Assembly: GCF_006345805.1 (NCBI RefSeq)
Contig: NC_043008.1
Span: 7,440,001 to 7,504,000 of the forward strand
Direction of reading: 5' to 3'
Origin: Octopus sinensis
Taxonomy: Eukaryota
DNA length: 64,000 bases
The position numbers and the translations under genes are program-made. Of the stretch, positions 12,767-24,929 are shown piece by piece. Position 1 is the stretch's first letter. Every line of letters starts with the position of its first letter. The notes beneath the pieces are model-generated. The model did no database searches. It worked only from the letters and a program-made list of their open reading frames with translations, and had not been told where the DNA came from.

Positions 12767-13094
12767 TTCATACAAATACATCAAATAATTATTTGCTTTT
12801 CTTCATTCTCTAACTTGATGGACATATAACAACATGTCAGCCGACACTAAAAATCTGTACAAGATGAGACCCAGGCTGATGAGTCGAAACACATGTATCT
12901 AACAAAGATTTCAAACCGAATCCATTTCCTGCTAATCAATATTATTACCCTAAATGTCACTGCGGAGTTTCTGAAGTAGATCCAACACAAGTGTACCATG
13001 ACTCCGAATGACAACAGGTGGCCTAAAGTGTGCCTATGCTCTGCTCAACAATTACACACTCAAATCGTATTTTCTTATTTGTCCAAATGATATA

Positions 13095-13125
<31 letters not shown>

Positions 13126-13126
<1 letters not shown>

Positions 13127-13300
13127 CAGTTAATCCAAACAGGAAGCACAAAAAACACAACAACGCGAGGACGTGGAACAAATATGGTATTATTGGACGC
13201 TCAGGAAAGAAGGAGGGTTTAACGTTTCGAGCGGAGCTCTTCGTCGGAAACATAGGAGAAGGAAAGATCCAGAGAAGGGAAGACAGAGGAAAAAAAAAAA
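13126..13300 (-). mobile_element. Penelope-type mini-element in a (TA)n tract, subfamily 1
   Basis: Flanked on both sides by (TA)n. It shares TATT..CGCTC.GGAA and the hammerhead-like module with the copies at 34.3, 35.4 and 42.6 kb. Confidence 0.65.
13217..13251 (-). ncRNA. Minimal type-I hammerhead ribozyme variant
   Basis: GTTT-CCGACGA-A-GAGC-TCC-GCTC-GAAAC-GTT-AAAC: 4-bp stem I, core one change from CUGANGA plus an extra A, 4-bp stem II, palindromic ACGT helix III. Confidence 0.55.
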
Positions 13301-13304
13301 ATAT

Positions 13305-13348
<44 letters not shown>

Positions 13349-13889
13349 ATGGGTTCCTGTTTCAGTGGGTATCAAGTCATGAGGGATACGAGTGGATTAA
13401 AGAGAGCAGGCAAACATGGCAAACATGCCATCTACGGTGTCAACAGAATGTGGTCTGAGTTGGCACCTTGATAATCGTAGCAGCCAAATTCTGCGAGAAG
13501 TGATATTTGGTAACCATAGTTTATAAGATATAATATAATATTGTGTAAAATAAAAGCAAAAATTTATATGTAAATCTCTCAAGTTTATATGTAAATCTCT
13601 CAATTCTAGAGTAAAGATTATTTGCCAACATAACGTGGCAGTCGAATGTTACTGTTATTTAGCTCCAGGAAACATCGTCTCTTAGTGGCTATATGGCTCA
13701 CAATTTTCGAACACGGGAGTTTAATATCCCCGTTCAGCACGAAACAAATCTATAATAACAAATGACAATGGAATTTTTTTGAATTTATTAATGCATTGCG
13801 ACATGTGTTTCTGCATCCCCCTTTTCCATTTGGGAAAATGTGGGATGCAAAACGGTATGTTCGTAATACATTAAAAAAAATCTAAACAT

Positions 13890-14053
13890 TTACATCCACA
13901 GGTCATATTCATTATCGTTATATTCATCATCGTAAGCTGCAAGGAGTTCCGCGTGTAAAACCATCCCATAAGACGAATTCTGGAAGATGGGAATAACAGG
14001 TGGTAGCCGACAATGAAGAACATAGCGCGCTCTGAGGCTTTTGCCCTCCAAAA
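13890..14053 (-). CDS. Candidate terminal exon, F5/8C-like C-terminus
   Basis: ctttcaag|TT TTG GAG.. open to TAA: LEGKSLRARYVLHCRLPPVIPIFQNSSYGMVLHAELLAAYDDEY.. (~PI.ARYVR.....LRAELLGC). Confidence 0.3.
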
Positions 14054-14183
14054 CTTGAAAGATATATGTGTGTTTTTGTGTCCGTGTGTGTGCGTGTGGG
14101 TGTTCTTGTGTCCGTGTGAGTGTGTGCGTGTGTCTGTTTGTGTGCGTATGCTCGTGTATGAGTAGCTATATGTGTGTGCATCA

Positions 14184-14239
<56 letters not shown>

Positions 14240-14419
14240 CATATATACATATGCGTATATACGTATATACGTATATATGAATATATGTATATCTACCTCT
14301 CTAAATATAAGTGCGTGTGTGTGTATTTATATTTGTATATTTCTACGTATTTGCAATTATTTACGTGTTTTAATATTTGTACTTTTCTACAGTTCCAAAA
14401 ACACAGTCTTTCTCCCCCT

Positions 14420-14560
14420 CGCTCTCTCTCTCTCTCTCTCACACACACACTCAAAGTCTCTTTCTCTCTCTCACACACACACACTCAAAGTCTCTTTCTC
14501 TCTCTCTCTCACACACACACACTCAATGTCTCTTTCTCTCTCTCTCACACACACACACAT
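14420..14560. repeat. Three tandem units of (CT)n(CA)n-CTCAAAGTCTCTTT
   Basis: Directly visible. Confidence 0.85.
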
Positions 14561-15546
14561 ATACACACGCACACATATATATGAATTCTTTCGATACGGT
14601 TTCAATAAACGCAAATATAAATAAAACATAAAAATACTTGAGTATTATGTGTGTGTTTGCGTATGTGTATATGTATGTATGTGCTTGCGTGATTGTGTAC
14701 GTATGCACGCGAATGTGCATGTAAGTGTGCATATGTGGACACACTCAGTGACGGGTGCGTAGGAGCATACGTTTATGCTGAGAAAGAACTGTGATTGAAA
14801 GAGAAAGAGAGGTGGAGAGAAAGAAACAGAGGGGGAGAAAAGAGAAGAGAGTCGAATACTTACATATGCATATTTATGTGATGCTTATGCTCGCAGCAAA
14901 TAAACAATCACATCTGTATGTTTTCTGTGTGTATATACTTGTTTCTCAGTTGATGTGTTTGTGTGTGTGTGTGTGATTGTGTCTCATAAAATCCTCTTAA
15001 AAACTTTGAAGAATGTATTCGTTCGTCGCTCCTGAAGCATTCGTTGTGTTTTTAATATTTATTTCGCATCTTGAAAGCTGCCTGTGGTTTGTGCTTCTCC
15101 TCTGAGTAAAGTATACATTGATCTGAAATAAAACTATGATTATTCGGATATCATCGCTTACTGAAGCGCATTCTTTATTTAATCAATGATATATTGCGTG
15201 TGAAAAAGGAAACAAAATTTGCGTCTACAAATTACAGTTGGGTTAGAATTCATTCCAGCGTCAAAATGCATAAAATTTCGTGAGTGTAAACCTGGCGAAT
15301 ATGGTTGTGAATTTTACATTATAGAACCAACAAACTGATGGCAAGAATTCTAAGGTAGAAGATGCAGGAAACGGTTGTGTGTTGTCGTAAGTATGAAACA
15401 CGTCAATAACCTATTTACATATTTTGCTGCTTAAAATAGGAAGTAACATCAGACTTTTGCTGTATTGGAAGGAACTGAAAATAAGAACAAATATCCGTCA
15501 AATGTACATAATTCCTCGCCTCTTAAATGGATTTAAGATTTTCACT

Positions 15547-15603
15547 GCACCTCGGTGAGTGAATTCGGTAGACGGAAACTGAAAGAAGCCCGTCGAATGT
15601 ATG

Positions 15604-15634
<31 letters not shown>

Positions 15635-15726
15635 TTGTGCGTCTGTGTTTGTCCCTCCTCCCACATCACTTGACACCGATGCTGGTATGTTGATGTCCCC
15701 GTAACTTAACGGTTCGGCAAAAGATT
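15547..15726 (+). mobile_element. SINE family A, internal fragment
   Basis: GGTAGACGGAAACTGAAAGAAGCCCGTCG..GTCCCCGTAACTTAACGGTTCGGCAAAAGA. Confidence 0.85.
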
Positions 15727-16247
15727 TTCGTCAACAATATTTTCGCATAAGAATAATTAATACATGTCCTTGAGGGTGAGCGCAAGCATGCATATAAGGA
15801 TAGTGTAAATCTGTTTATTGTTCAAATATTGTTCCATAACTTGGTCTAATACAGATTTTGATCGTCTGACTTTGATACCTACTATTTAGTTCTTCGGACG
15901 TCATTTTTACGCAAACCATATTTTGAGGATTATCTTTTACCAGCTGTAATCTATAAATATAATTGCGTATATATTAATAATGCATAGCTTCTTCATCATC
16001 CTATTCAAATTATCATAATATTAGCCAGCTTTGCAGTAATCGACCTATGGTTGGAAAATGATCTATCAAAGTTGATGACAACAGTAAGCAGCGTAAGAAA
16101 TAGGATAAAAATAATCAGATTAAAGAAAAAATGGAGAATTTGATAACAAATATACTCGGTTGCATTTTAGAATGAGGTGATAATGCGTGGATTCTTTCAA
16201 ATTACGAATCTTGTTTTATTACGAGACACTTCTCACAATACAGCAAA

Positions 16248-16256
16248 ATAATAATG

Positions 16257-16318
<62 letters not shown>
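16248..16318. repeat. (AAT)n microsatellite
   Basis: Directly visible. Confidence 0.95.
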
Positions 16319-16319
<1 letters not shown>

Positions 16320-16550
16320 TGCAAAAGACTGTCTTAACTGGTACATCACACGTATTGAGAAGAGCATTGTCGATGTGAGAACTGTTGCTGCTCATGTATT
16401 TTAATATAACTTAAAAAAAAAATAAATAAAATAAACGAACTATTGAGTTTGGTTTAATGGCCTACCAATGTATACTATGAGTTTCTTTGCCCTAGGAATC
16501 GGGAAGACACTCGGCAAGAAATGGAAGCAAATTTGAAAGAAGAAAAATAA
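16319..16550 (+). mobile_element. 5'-truncated R4/Dong-clade non-LTR retrotransposon 3' end
   Basis: VQKTVLTGTSHVLRRALSM* matches the R4/Dong C-terminus (QK.VL.GT..ILR.VLS). (TAA)n lies on both sides, and this is the known Dong target. Confidence 0.7.
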
Positions 16551-16890
16551 AGTAATAATAATAATAATAATGAAATTATTGTATACAGTGCTCCGGTGCA
16601 CCACAACCTGTCAAAAGTGCGTATAAAGAATATGCAGTAATGTACAAATATCTGGGAAGTGTACAGTGTATGAGTCTGATACATGCTTGCGTGTGTATGG
16701 AGGTGAGAAAATCCGGTGTAGTGTTGGCGAATCTCAGGAAGCATGGAAGATTTTGAAAGACGCAGTGCTCCGACAACTAACAACTGATGCCGGCAGTTTG
16801 TTCCATGCTTCAGCAACTCTTAGCATGAATAAAAAATATATGGACCGCTTCACGAATTTGCGTGTCATCTTTGCGCAGGGTCCATGCTAA
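16551..16890 (-). mobile_element. CR1/L2-type LINE 3' end with (ATT)n tail
   Basis: Minus strand AEAWNKLPASVVSCRST..FK..MLPEIRQHYT, typical of the CR1 ORF2 C-terminus (WN.LP..VV...S...FK), followed by a 3' UTR. Confidence 0.75.
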
Positions 16891-17219
16891 TAACGATAGC
16901 TATAAAAGAATGAAATCGGTATGTTGAGTGTCTCCAAGTACTAGTAGTAATTAATTGACGGCAAAATTCTCTAGTACTTCTGGTTACCCCGGAAGAAACC
17001 AAAACACAACCGGGGCCTTTGTGTGGATGTATTTAGTTACCACTGAAATTATTGTGTAAATCTGTAGTCCGGCTCCTTTAAATTCGCAACCACCCAGTCA
17101 CAACCTCAGTGACCAATGACATAATAGGTTAAGCAAGAACTTATTTTGACATAATTCATATTGTCGTAAAGGAAAAAGCATGCTGTCCTTCCCTTATTCT
17201 CTCGCAATCGCTCTCTGTA

Positions 17220-17287
17220 TATCTATCTATCTACCTATCTTTTCATCCACCTCTCTCTTCGTATCTCTCTCTCTCTCTATCTATGTA

Positions 17288-17324
<37 letters not shown>

Positions 17325-17327
17325 CTT

Positions 17328-17404
<77 letters not shown>

Positions 17405-17432
17405 CTACACACATATATATATATATAGAGAG

Positions 17433-17473
<41 letters not shown>

Positions 17474-17544
17474 TATATATAGATAGATAGATAGATAGGG
17501 AGAGAGAGAGATAGATAGAGAGAGAGAGAGATAGATAAATAGAT

Positions 17545-17602
<58 letters not shown>

Positions 17603-17611
17603 GGATAGATG

Positions 17612-17691
<80 letters not shown>

Positions 17692-17695
17692 TACA
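17220..17695. repeat. (TCTA/TC)n directly followed by (TAGA/GA)n
   Basis: Directly visible inverted compound microsatellite. Confidence 0.95.
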
Positions 17696-18550
17696 TATAC
17701 ATATATATTCGTCTCATATATATCCGATTAGATTGAAATAATCATTTACAGATACCTATACATATGCTCCAATGTTTAAGTGACAACACAAGAAAGAACA
17801 TGTAGAAGTCATACATATCTGCACGTCGGGTATAGACTCAATTACCTACACACACACACACACACTCACAGACACATACACACATAACTGTTTGTGTATG
17901 TACACTGATGTTGGGGAAAACAGTTCTAAACAGAAGAGACACGCACACACTGGCAAACAGTGAAAATTCCAAGAAAGACATGTAAACACATAGGCAAGCA
18001 AATAATACAAACCAAGCGCAGTCACGTAACTATACTCATTATATACACTCACACATTAACATAGATATCTCAGGTTACAGGCACAAATCATACACAAAAA
18101 CTGCAAACATCAGAAAAAAAAAATCTCGTGAACGAAGAAAATCAATATTACTCTTGTACATCACTCACCAACTCACATACGTATGCGTTTGTATGTGTAT
18201 GTGCGTGTGTTTGTGCTGGTATATATATATTTGTGTATATGTATGTTTAGCTGTATGAGAAACATGTATGTACAGACATACATAAACATTAAAACAACAG
18301 AAGCAACTTTAAAAATCGTTAACTTGTATTGCGTAAAAAAAACTATTTTATGTTCTGTGGTTAAGGGACAGCCAGCCTTTAATTTAGATTTTCTCTCTTT
18401 TTACTATTTAACAAGGTCTCTATCTTTTTGTTTTTTAAATCATGTGCCGAAACAATAAGACTCATGCACGCAAATTATATTTTTGTCTTTTTTTTATATT
18501 TGTAAATGAAATATTCATGATGGAACAGCTTCGATTGTATTCTCTTTCAG

Positions 18551-18593
18551 TAACGTTGAAAAACCACTTCTATAGCATTTCAACAGTTCCCAG
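18551..18593 (+). other. Candidate 43-nt exon
   Basis: gtattctctttcag|..TTCCCAG|gtgagt. Only the phase-1 frame is open (TLKNHFYSISTVP). Confidence 0.3.
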
Positions 18594-19040
18594 GTGAGTT
18601 TATTCCCCGGCAAACAGTCCTCAATAGAAATAGTCGTCCGGTTGAACGAAAACAAAAGCTTTACTTCAAATTTTTATTCATCACATCTAAATAATAAAGA
18701 AATAATGACTGTACAACCTGTTAGCTCTCAGAATGAAATTTCGTCTGAGTGAATGCTTCAACAAGGCATTTAACTGTAATTATCTTAATCAAGTGTCGGA
18801 TGTTATGCGTAGTAGTTGTAATAAACCCACTTTGTTTGAATGCTTAATCGAAATAAAGCAGTAATTTTTACCTACTCTCCTTATTTTTTGCTTTCTTTTC
18901 GTGCTGATCAATGTGTCTTATATCGGAATGGTTGGCACTTCTACTTCTTTCACGAAGATTTGATTCTACTATATTCCTTAAAAATGAAAGAACGTCATAC
19001 TGGTGGCACCGAGGTGCAGTGACATCAACGAGCAGTTTCT

Positions 19041-19262
19041 TATTTCTTTACTACCCACAGGGGCTAAACAAACAAGGACAGACAAAGGGATTAAGTCGAT
19101 TATATCGACTCCAGAGCGTAACTGGTACTTAATTTATCGACCCCGAAAGGATGAAAAGCAAAGTCGACCTCGGCGGAATTTGAACTCAGAACGTAAAGAC
19201 AGACGAAATACTGCAAAGCATTTCGCCCGACGTGCTAACGTTTCCACCAGTTTACCGCCTTA
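19041..19262 (-). mobile_element. tRNA-derived SINE, family B (~230 bp), with a 17-bp TSD
   Basis: GGCGGTAAACTGG..GAGTTCAAATTCCGCCGAGGTCGACTTTG..CATCCTTTCGGGGTCGAT core. TSD ATCAA(C/T)GAGCAGTTTCT at 19024-19040 and 19264-19280. Confidence 0.93.
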
Positions 19263-19492
19263 TATCAATGAGCAGTTTCTTTAACTCTAAATATCTTGTC
19301 TCAGACTATAACAGAAAGATGAACAATTTTCTACTCACAAGCTGCTATGACGATGTCTTCAAATGTTTAGTCGACGGGACACGAAGCAAGAATCGAAGAA
19401 CGATGTACTCGTATATTCAAAGTGCTGACAGTTTGAATTTGCTTTCTCTTATTTTGTATGTCCCCCATGAAAGAACCTCATTTACATATTAC

Positions 19493-19619
19493 CTTGTACA
19501 TTACTCCGATATATTTGTTCACAGCTGTAATGATGGCCTGATTCATATTTCCAAACACATTCTCCTCGAGAGTTCGAAGTATACCAGCGTGAAGGTTTTC
19601 AAATTTAATATAAGTAAGA
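19493..19619 (-). CDS. Candidate 127-nt exon, weakly LRR-like
   Basis: gtgttgtag|T CTT ACT.. 42 open codons, LTYIKFENLHAGILRTLEENMFGNMNQAIITAVNKYIGVMYK, then |gtaata. Its phase joins a GTAAGA donor at 19991. Confidence 0.4.
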
Positions 19620-20135
19620 CTACAACACATTAATGTAGATTATGATTTATTATTTGTTGTTATATTACTAATTATTTAGTGAACGTCATATCATGCTCTT
19701 GAGTAAAGTTTCATTGACTTTTTATACGTGTTTGAAATTTTCAACGAAACTTCCAGTATTAAAATCTATAATGAACAACTGATATAATGGTGTTTGATTT
19801 ATGATGAATATAAAATAGTGAAACCTAAATGTCGTTGAGGAAATGTATTTAACTCAGTGGTTTCCCAGTTGAATCAGAAGGTTTCAACGTAAATGGAAAA
19901 TCAATTGTACAAAGTCTATGAATTATTAATATTTTTTTTTCTTTTTATCCTCAGGCGAGTAAAATATTTTACTGTAATATAATAGTCTTACTTTGATATC
20001 GAATGTTGTTGTAAGTGGAAATATATCCGGTTAGCAAATTCAATGACCACGTCCAGAATATTACTGGTGTATACTCTATGAATACTACTGAAGTACACAG
20101 GTATATATATTGCAGTATATATATAATATTGAGTG

Positions 20136-20526
20136 TAGGCGTAGGAGTGGCTGAGTGGTAAGTAGCTTGCTTACGAACCACATGGTTCCGGGTTCAGTCC
20201 CACTGCGTGACACCTTGGACAAGTGTTTTTACGATAGCCTCTGGCCGACCAAAGCCTTGTGAGTGGATTTGGTAGACGGAAACTGAAAGAAGCCCGTCGA
20301 ATATATATATATATGTATGTAGGTGTGTGTGTGTGTTTGTGTATCTGTATTTGTCCCCCCTCCCCAACATCCCTTGAAAATCGATGCTGGTGTGTTTACG
20401 TCCCCGTAACTTAGTATTAAGAGACCGATAGAATAAGTACTATGCTTACAAACTGGGCTCGATTTGCTCGACTAAATGCGGTGCTGCAGCATGGCCACAG
20501 CCAAATGACTGAAACAAGTAAAAGAG
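20136..20526 (+). mobile_element. SINE family A with a ~17-bp TSD
   Basis: Full head and tail. TSD AGTATATAT(A)TAATATTG at 20114-20131 and 20525-20541. Confidence 0.92.
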
Positions 20527-20869
20527 TATATATTAATATTGCATATCTTCTTCATCAGTCTATTCAAATTAGCATAATCTTTGTCATCGTTGTAATTATC
20601 AACCTACGGCTGGACATTATATATCAACATTGATGACAAGAGTAAGCAGAGTAAAATAAATAAGATAAAAATAAGCAGATTAAAAATATGACTGGTATTT
20701 ATGTATTACAGAGCCATGGGAGCAGTATTTTGGCCTGAAATTATACAAACACATAGTTCAATGTCAATATTATTATGTCAAAGCTTTTTCCCCCAAAAGT
20801 TCAGCAGATTACCCACCTCTCTGTCGGACTGTAACTGTAAATAAAACTTATCATATACCGCAAGATGTT

Positions 20870-21090
20870 TAATGAACAATACGAAAGTTTATCTGTCGTC
20901 AGCTCCTCTGAGTGTTACGCGACGAGATCGTTAATGTCCCCAACATCAAACTCGAGGTTCAGACTCGAAGCCCTCGAAGTCTCGGATACGCAGTTACGCC
21001 ACAATTTCTTCCATGGATAATTCAGCGACACTCGGTGGGCCATTCGCCTAACCTCGGTCTTTGTTTGATCCACGACTGCAGTTCGGCTAG
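20870..21090 (-). mobile_element. Tigger/pogo transposase relic
   Basis: VSLNYPWKKLWRNCV..SLNLEFDVGDINDLVA*HSEELTTDKL matches the Tigger C-terminal region (LN.AWKKLWP.CV; LEVD.EDI.EL...H.EELTTEEL). Confidence 0.8.
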
Positions 21091-22288
21091 ATAGACAGAC
21101 AGACATATAGACAGACATACAGACAGACAGACAGACAGACAGATAGAAAGACAGACAGATAGAGAGAGAGAGAGCGATAGACAGATAGACAGACAAATAG
21201 GTAGATAGATAGAAAGACAGACGGACGGATGGATTGACAGATAGATGGAGAGATTATAGAGACAGACAGACAGACAGATGCATAGATAAATGGATAGATG
21301 AATAGATTTAAAACGCACACTCATATACTCCTAGAGACAGAGAGAGAAAAAGAAAGTGAGATGTGGTAATAATCTCTCATAGATAAAACGTATTTTCTCC
21401 TAATTTATTAAATTCTAATAAAATAATAATAAAACATATGTGACTGCCAACTGAACTAAAAAAAATATTAATTAAAACACAATTAAACATTTAGAGGAAA
21501 TGATACTATAATTAATAGAAAATCAGTTCTATTAACTATTTTGCTCTCTACGCAAAAGGAATTGAGACAGCGATTGAAAAATGATGAACGTATATAAAGC
21601 CATCTGATGGACAAGATGAAATTGGATACCTTGAGGAATTCAACCTCTCTTAGAACAATGTTCATGGGCAATCTCTTGAAACAGTCATTCTTCATTGAAA
21701 CTATTCTAGTGCAAACACAAAGCTTCTTCTTAAGAATAACATATCAGCTTATTATATCGATTCAGGAAACGCAAAACAGGCTGGAAATAATATATATAAA
21801 AAAAGACAAGAAAAAAATGAACGCAAGGAAGAATAACATTTTTGATGTTGCCATCTTAGCCCAGAGCAACGGTGGCAAATGTGTGCAACGAAAATAATTT
21901 GAAACGTGAATTTGCAAAATTATATGCTCCTTATCTTTACACACACCGCCAACCATATCTGCATAATTATGTACGTATTCATCTGTCTGTAATTCATACT
22001 AGCCCCTAGAGATTTTGCTGTCATTACAAGCCTTCTAAAAAAAATAAAACTGATTATCTTCGTTGGATTAAGCGAAGTGGCACCATTTTATACAATGCAG
22101 AAATGAAACGTTGAGAAGTAACAGAAATTCAGCTTCTGGGATTACTATTATATGTACCATGAGTAGACAAGATATAAGGGTCAGCTTATTATAGGCCACA
22201 GAACTATGAAGTGAATTTCCAGTGCACCTTTCAACTGAAACAAAATTTGTATTAATTTTATAAACAATTTTTTTATAAATTTTATAAA

Positions 22289-22453
22289 TAGGCGCAGAAG
22301 TGGCTGTGTGGTAAGTAGCTTGCTTACCAAACACATGGTTCTGGGTTCAGTCCCACTGCCTAGCACCTTGGGCAAGTGTCTTCTACTATATCCTCGGGCC
22401 GACCAAAGCCTTGTGAGTGGATTTGGTAGAGAGAAACTGAAAGAAGCATGTCG

Positions 22454-22484
<31 letters not shown>

Positions 22485-22695
22485 ATATGTTTGTGTGTCT
22501 GTGTTTGTCCCCCCCCCACATCGCTTGACAACCGATGTTGGTGTGCTTATGTCCCCGTAAACACACCAAAGAGACCGATAGAATAAATACTAGGCTTGCA
22601 AACAATAAGTCCTGGGATCGATTTGCTCGACTAAAGGTGGTGCTCAGCATGGCAGTCAAATGACTGAAACAAGTAAAAGAGTAAAGAGTAAAGAG
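22289..22695 (+). mobile_element. SINE family A
   Basis: Full-length homolog with small internal deletions. Confidence 0.92.
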
Positions 22696-22759
22696 CAAGA
22701 GGTTAGGGTAATTTACATGTAAAGAGTATAGAGTTCCTAGGATCTGAAATATACTACAA

Positions 22760-22960
22760 CATCAGTGCCTAAAAAACTACGATAATAGCAAAAATTTATT
22801 AAAACAAAGATTTGCTGCTACCACTACAGACTATTAGAATCACACAGAAAATAAGAGGAGAAGCAGATCAATGAATTCTTACTCTGAAATCATAAACAAT
22901 ATGGATGGCAAACAAAGCAATAAACAAAACTGAGATGGACGTACTACCATTAGAAGAGTG
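22760..22960 (+). mobile_element. Possible Penelope GIY-YIG endonuclease relic
   Basis: LLKQRFA..NH, KQIW and KLRW resemble FKQR..NH..SF..LSKHIW..K..I.W. Heavily decayed. Confidence 0.3.
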
Positions 22961-23139
22961 AACAGTAACTGATTAGGAACAAACGATAATAATGAGTGAA
23001 GAATACAAACAGTTGAATGGGTACTTAACAACTAATTTTAAACAAATCTTTAGCATTTACTTTAATAAGAAATTTCATGAGAGAACAATTATCTCAAGAA
23101 TCAATAGAAAAACCGACTGACCACCTAACAATATCCGTG

Positions 23140-23290
23140 ATGCACGAACCAGCTGAAGAACAATTAGCACAGATTAAAAATGTCAAGTTTTGGACATTGA
23201 ATATTCCGCCATATTTTACTACATTTAACACTCACCAACAGAACGGAGTTGCGGAGATCGATCGTAGTGAGAGGAAACAGCCAAAATAGT
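23140..23290 (+). mobile_element. Copia/DDE integrase core relic
   Basis: RTISTD, then FWTLNIPPYFTTFNTHQQNGVAE (~F....GI....T.PYTPQQNGVAER). Confidence 0.45.
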
Positions 23291-24734
23291 TTACTTCTCT
23301 GCAGGAACATATCGTCAGACTCAGGAAAAATAGTGAACAATCAGACACTAACATTTAAAAAAGAAAAATCAATTCTGGAATAACCATTTGCAACTTTCTG
23401 ATAGATTATCTAAAGTCTACGGGGAATATCGATATGAGACTTCAACGGGCAAGATAATTGTTGTTAAACATGAACTGCGATTGATAAGAACTGTTTCGTT
23501 GGAAAACAACCTACTAACATGAAAATGTATCAATTGCAAGATTGATACAAAACCAAAGGCGGTATATCGCAAGATGAAAGGCTGTACTAACAGGGTTGTG
23601 ATCCCTTTTCCTGATGATCTACTGACATTTCAGTAGGGAGCTGGAATGCAAAACAATAAATACAGCCCTAAGGCAAAGCGATTAGATGAACAACGAAGTG
23701 AGTACTGTTCAAATGTCATCCACAAACTTACATTAACAGTGCAATTCTCTTAAGGCTTGTTGCAAAATGACCAAACTAGAAATCACCAAGGAGTACCTTA
23801 CAGTTGGTTGTTGATATAGAAAGCTCACATTTTACCAGTCAAGTCTCTTTTTCAAATGAACAAATAATACTTAGATTGTAGTGCTGGCCTGGCTGGTAGT
23901 TGCACGTAAAACGATGATAGATAAATAACAAGAGAAATACGTAGTCAAAACATATAGGCTTATAACATGCTTGTATAGGATATACATAATAAAAAGATGT
24001 TTCAGTGAGAGCCTCTGGGATCAATGCAAGAGGCACAATGTAGTGTCTGAATAGCAAGCTGGAGGAAGGAATGGGGTCGAGAGTTCTGTTCAAATTGTCA
24101 TGTTTAAACCTATTCTTCATTCATTGATAATATAGTCACTACATTTAGCTAAAATTCCGACTGCTATATTCGATATCATAAATATACATAATTATATATA
24201 CATCTACACAGACACACACAAATATACACATATACTTACTTATGCGCGTTTATGCATGTGCGTGAATACCGTGAGTATGTGTATGCGTATATGTATGCGT
24301 ATATGTATGTATGTATATATATAGATAGATACATAGATAGATACATAGATAGATAGATATATACATACATACATACATATAGATATGTTACAATTCAAAA
24401 ACTACCCGTCTGTCCGATTCGTTATCTCAACGTAAATGTTGCGTACAGCGTGGACAACTCCGTGATATCGTTAGCTTGCTTTCAGTGAATTTAGAAAAAC
24501 AGATTGAAGAAAGAATTGGAAAATATATATTCTATACTTCGTCCTATCAAAAGGATATTCGAAATTTAATAATATCAATACCTTTTTCTATAATATAAGA
24601 ATTGATGAATAGCAGTAAATGATTTTCTGCATAGATATAATCGAAATTTTCAAAAATTACCCGTCGAATATGAATCGCCAAACCAACTGATGAGAGGATT
24701 AAACAACCGTATGTAGGATACTCTTGATACTTAC

Positions 24735-24810
24735 CCCACTCCAGTTTCCGTCACGTTTGCAAGGATCCAATTTTACAACATTGCATGATCTAATTCATGC
24801 TTCTATCGCA
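24735..24810 (-). pseudogene. TSP1-like pseudo-exon with one premature stop
   Basis: Long polypyrimidine tract..catcag|T GCG.. AIEA*IRSCNVVKLDPCKRDGNWSG|gtaagt (~E.R.CN..PC..DGNWS). Confidence 0.5.
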
Positions 24811-24929
24811 CTGATGAATGCAGGAAGGCAAGGAAAATAAAAAAAAAGCACAAACACGAAAAAAAAAAAAAATAAAGGAATTTAAGCAATGAATCAGGAT
24901 AATTACATGAACAATCCAGTTAATTAGTT

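Noticed and set aside
12876-12890. Exact CTGATGA-GTC-GAAAC read as an intact hammerhead
   Set aside because: Three nucleotides cannot form stem II and no stem I partner exists. It is kept only as a weak decayed candidate.
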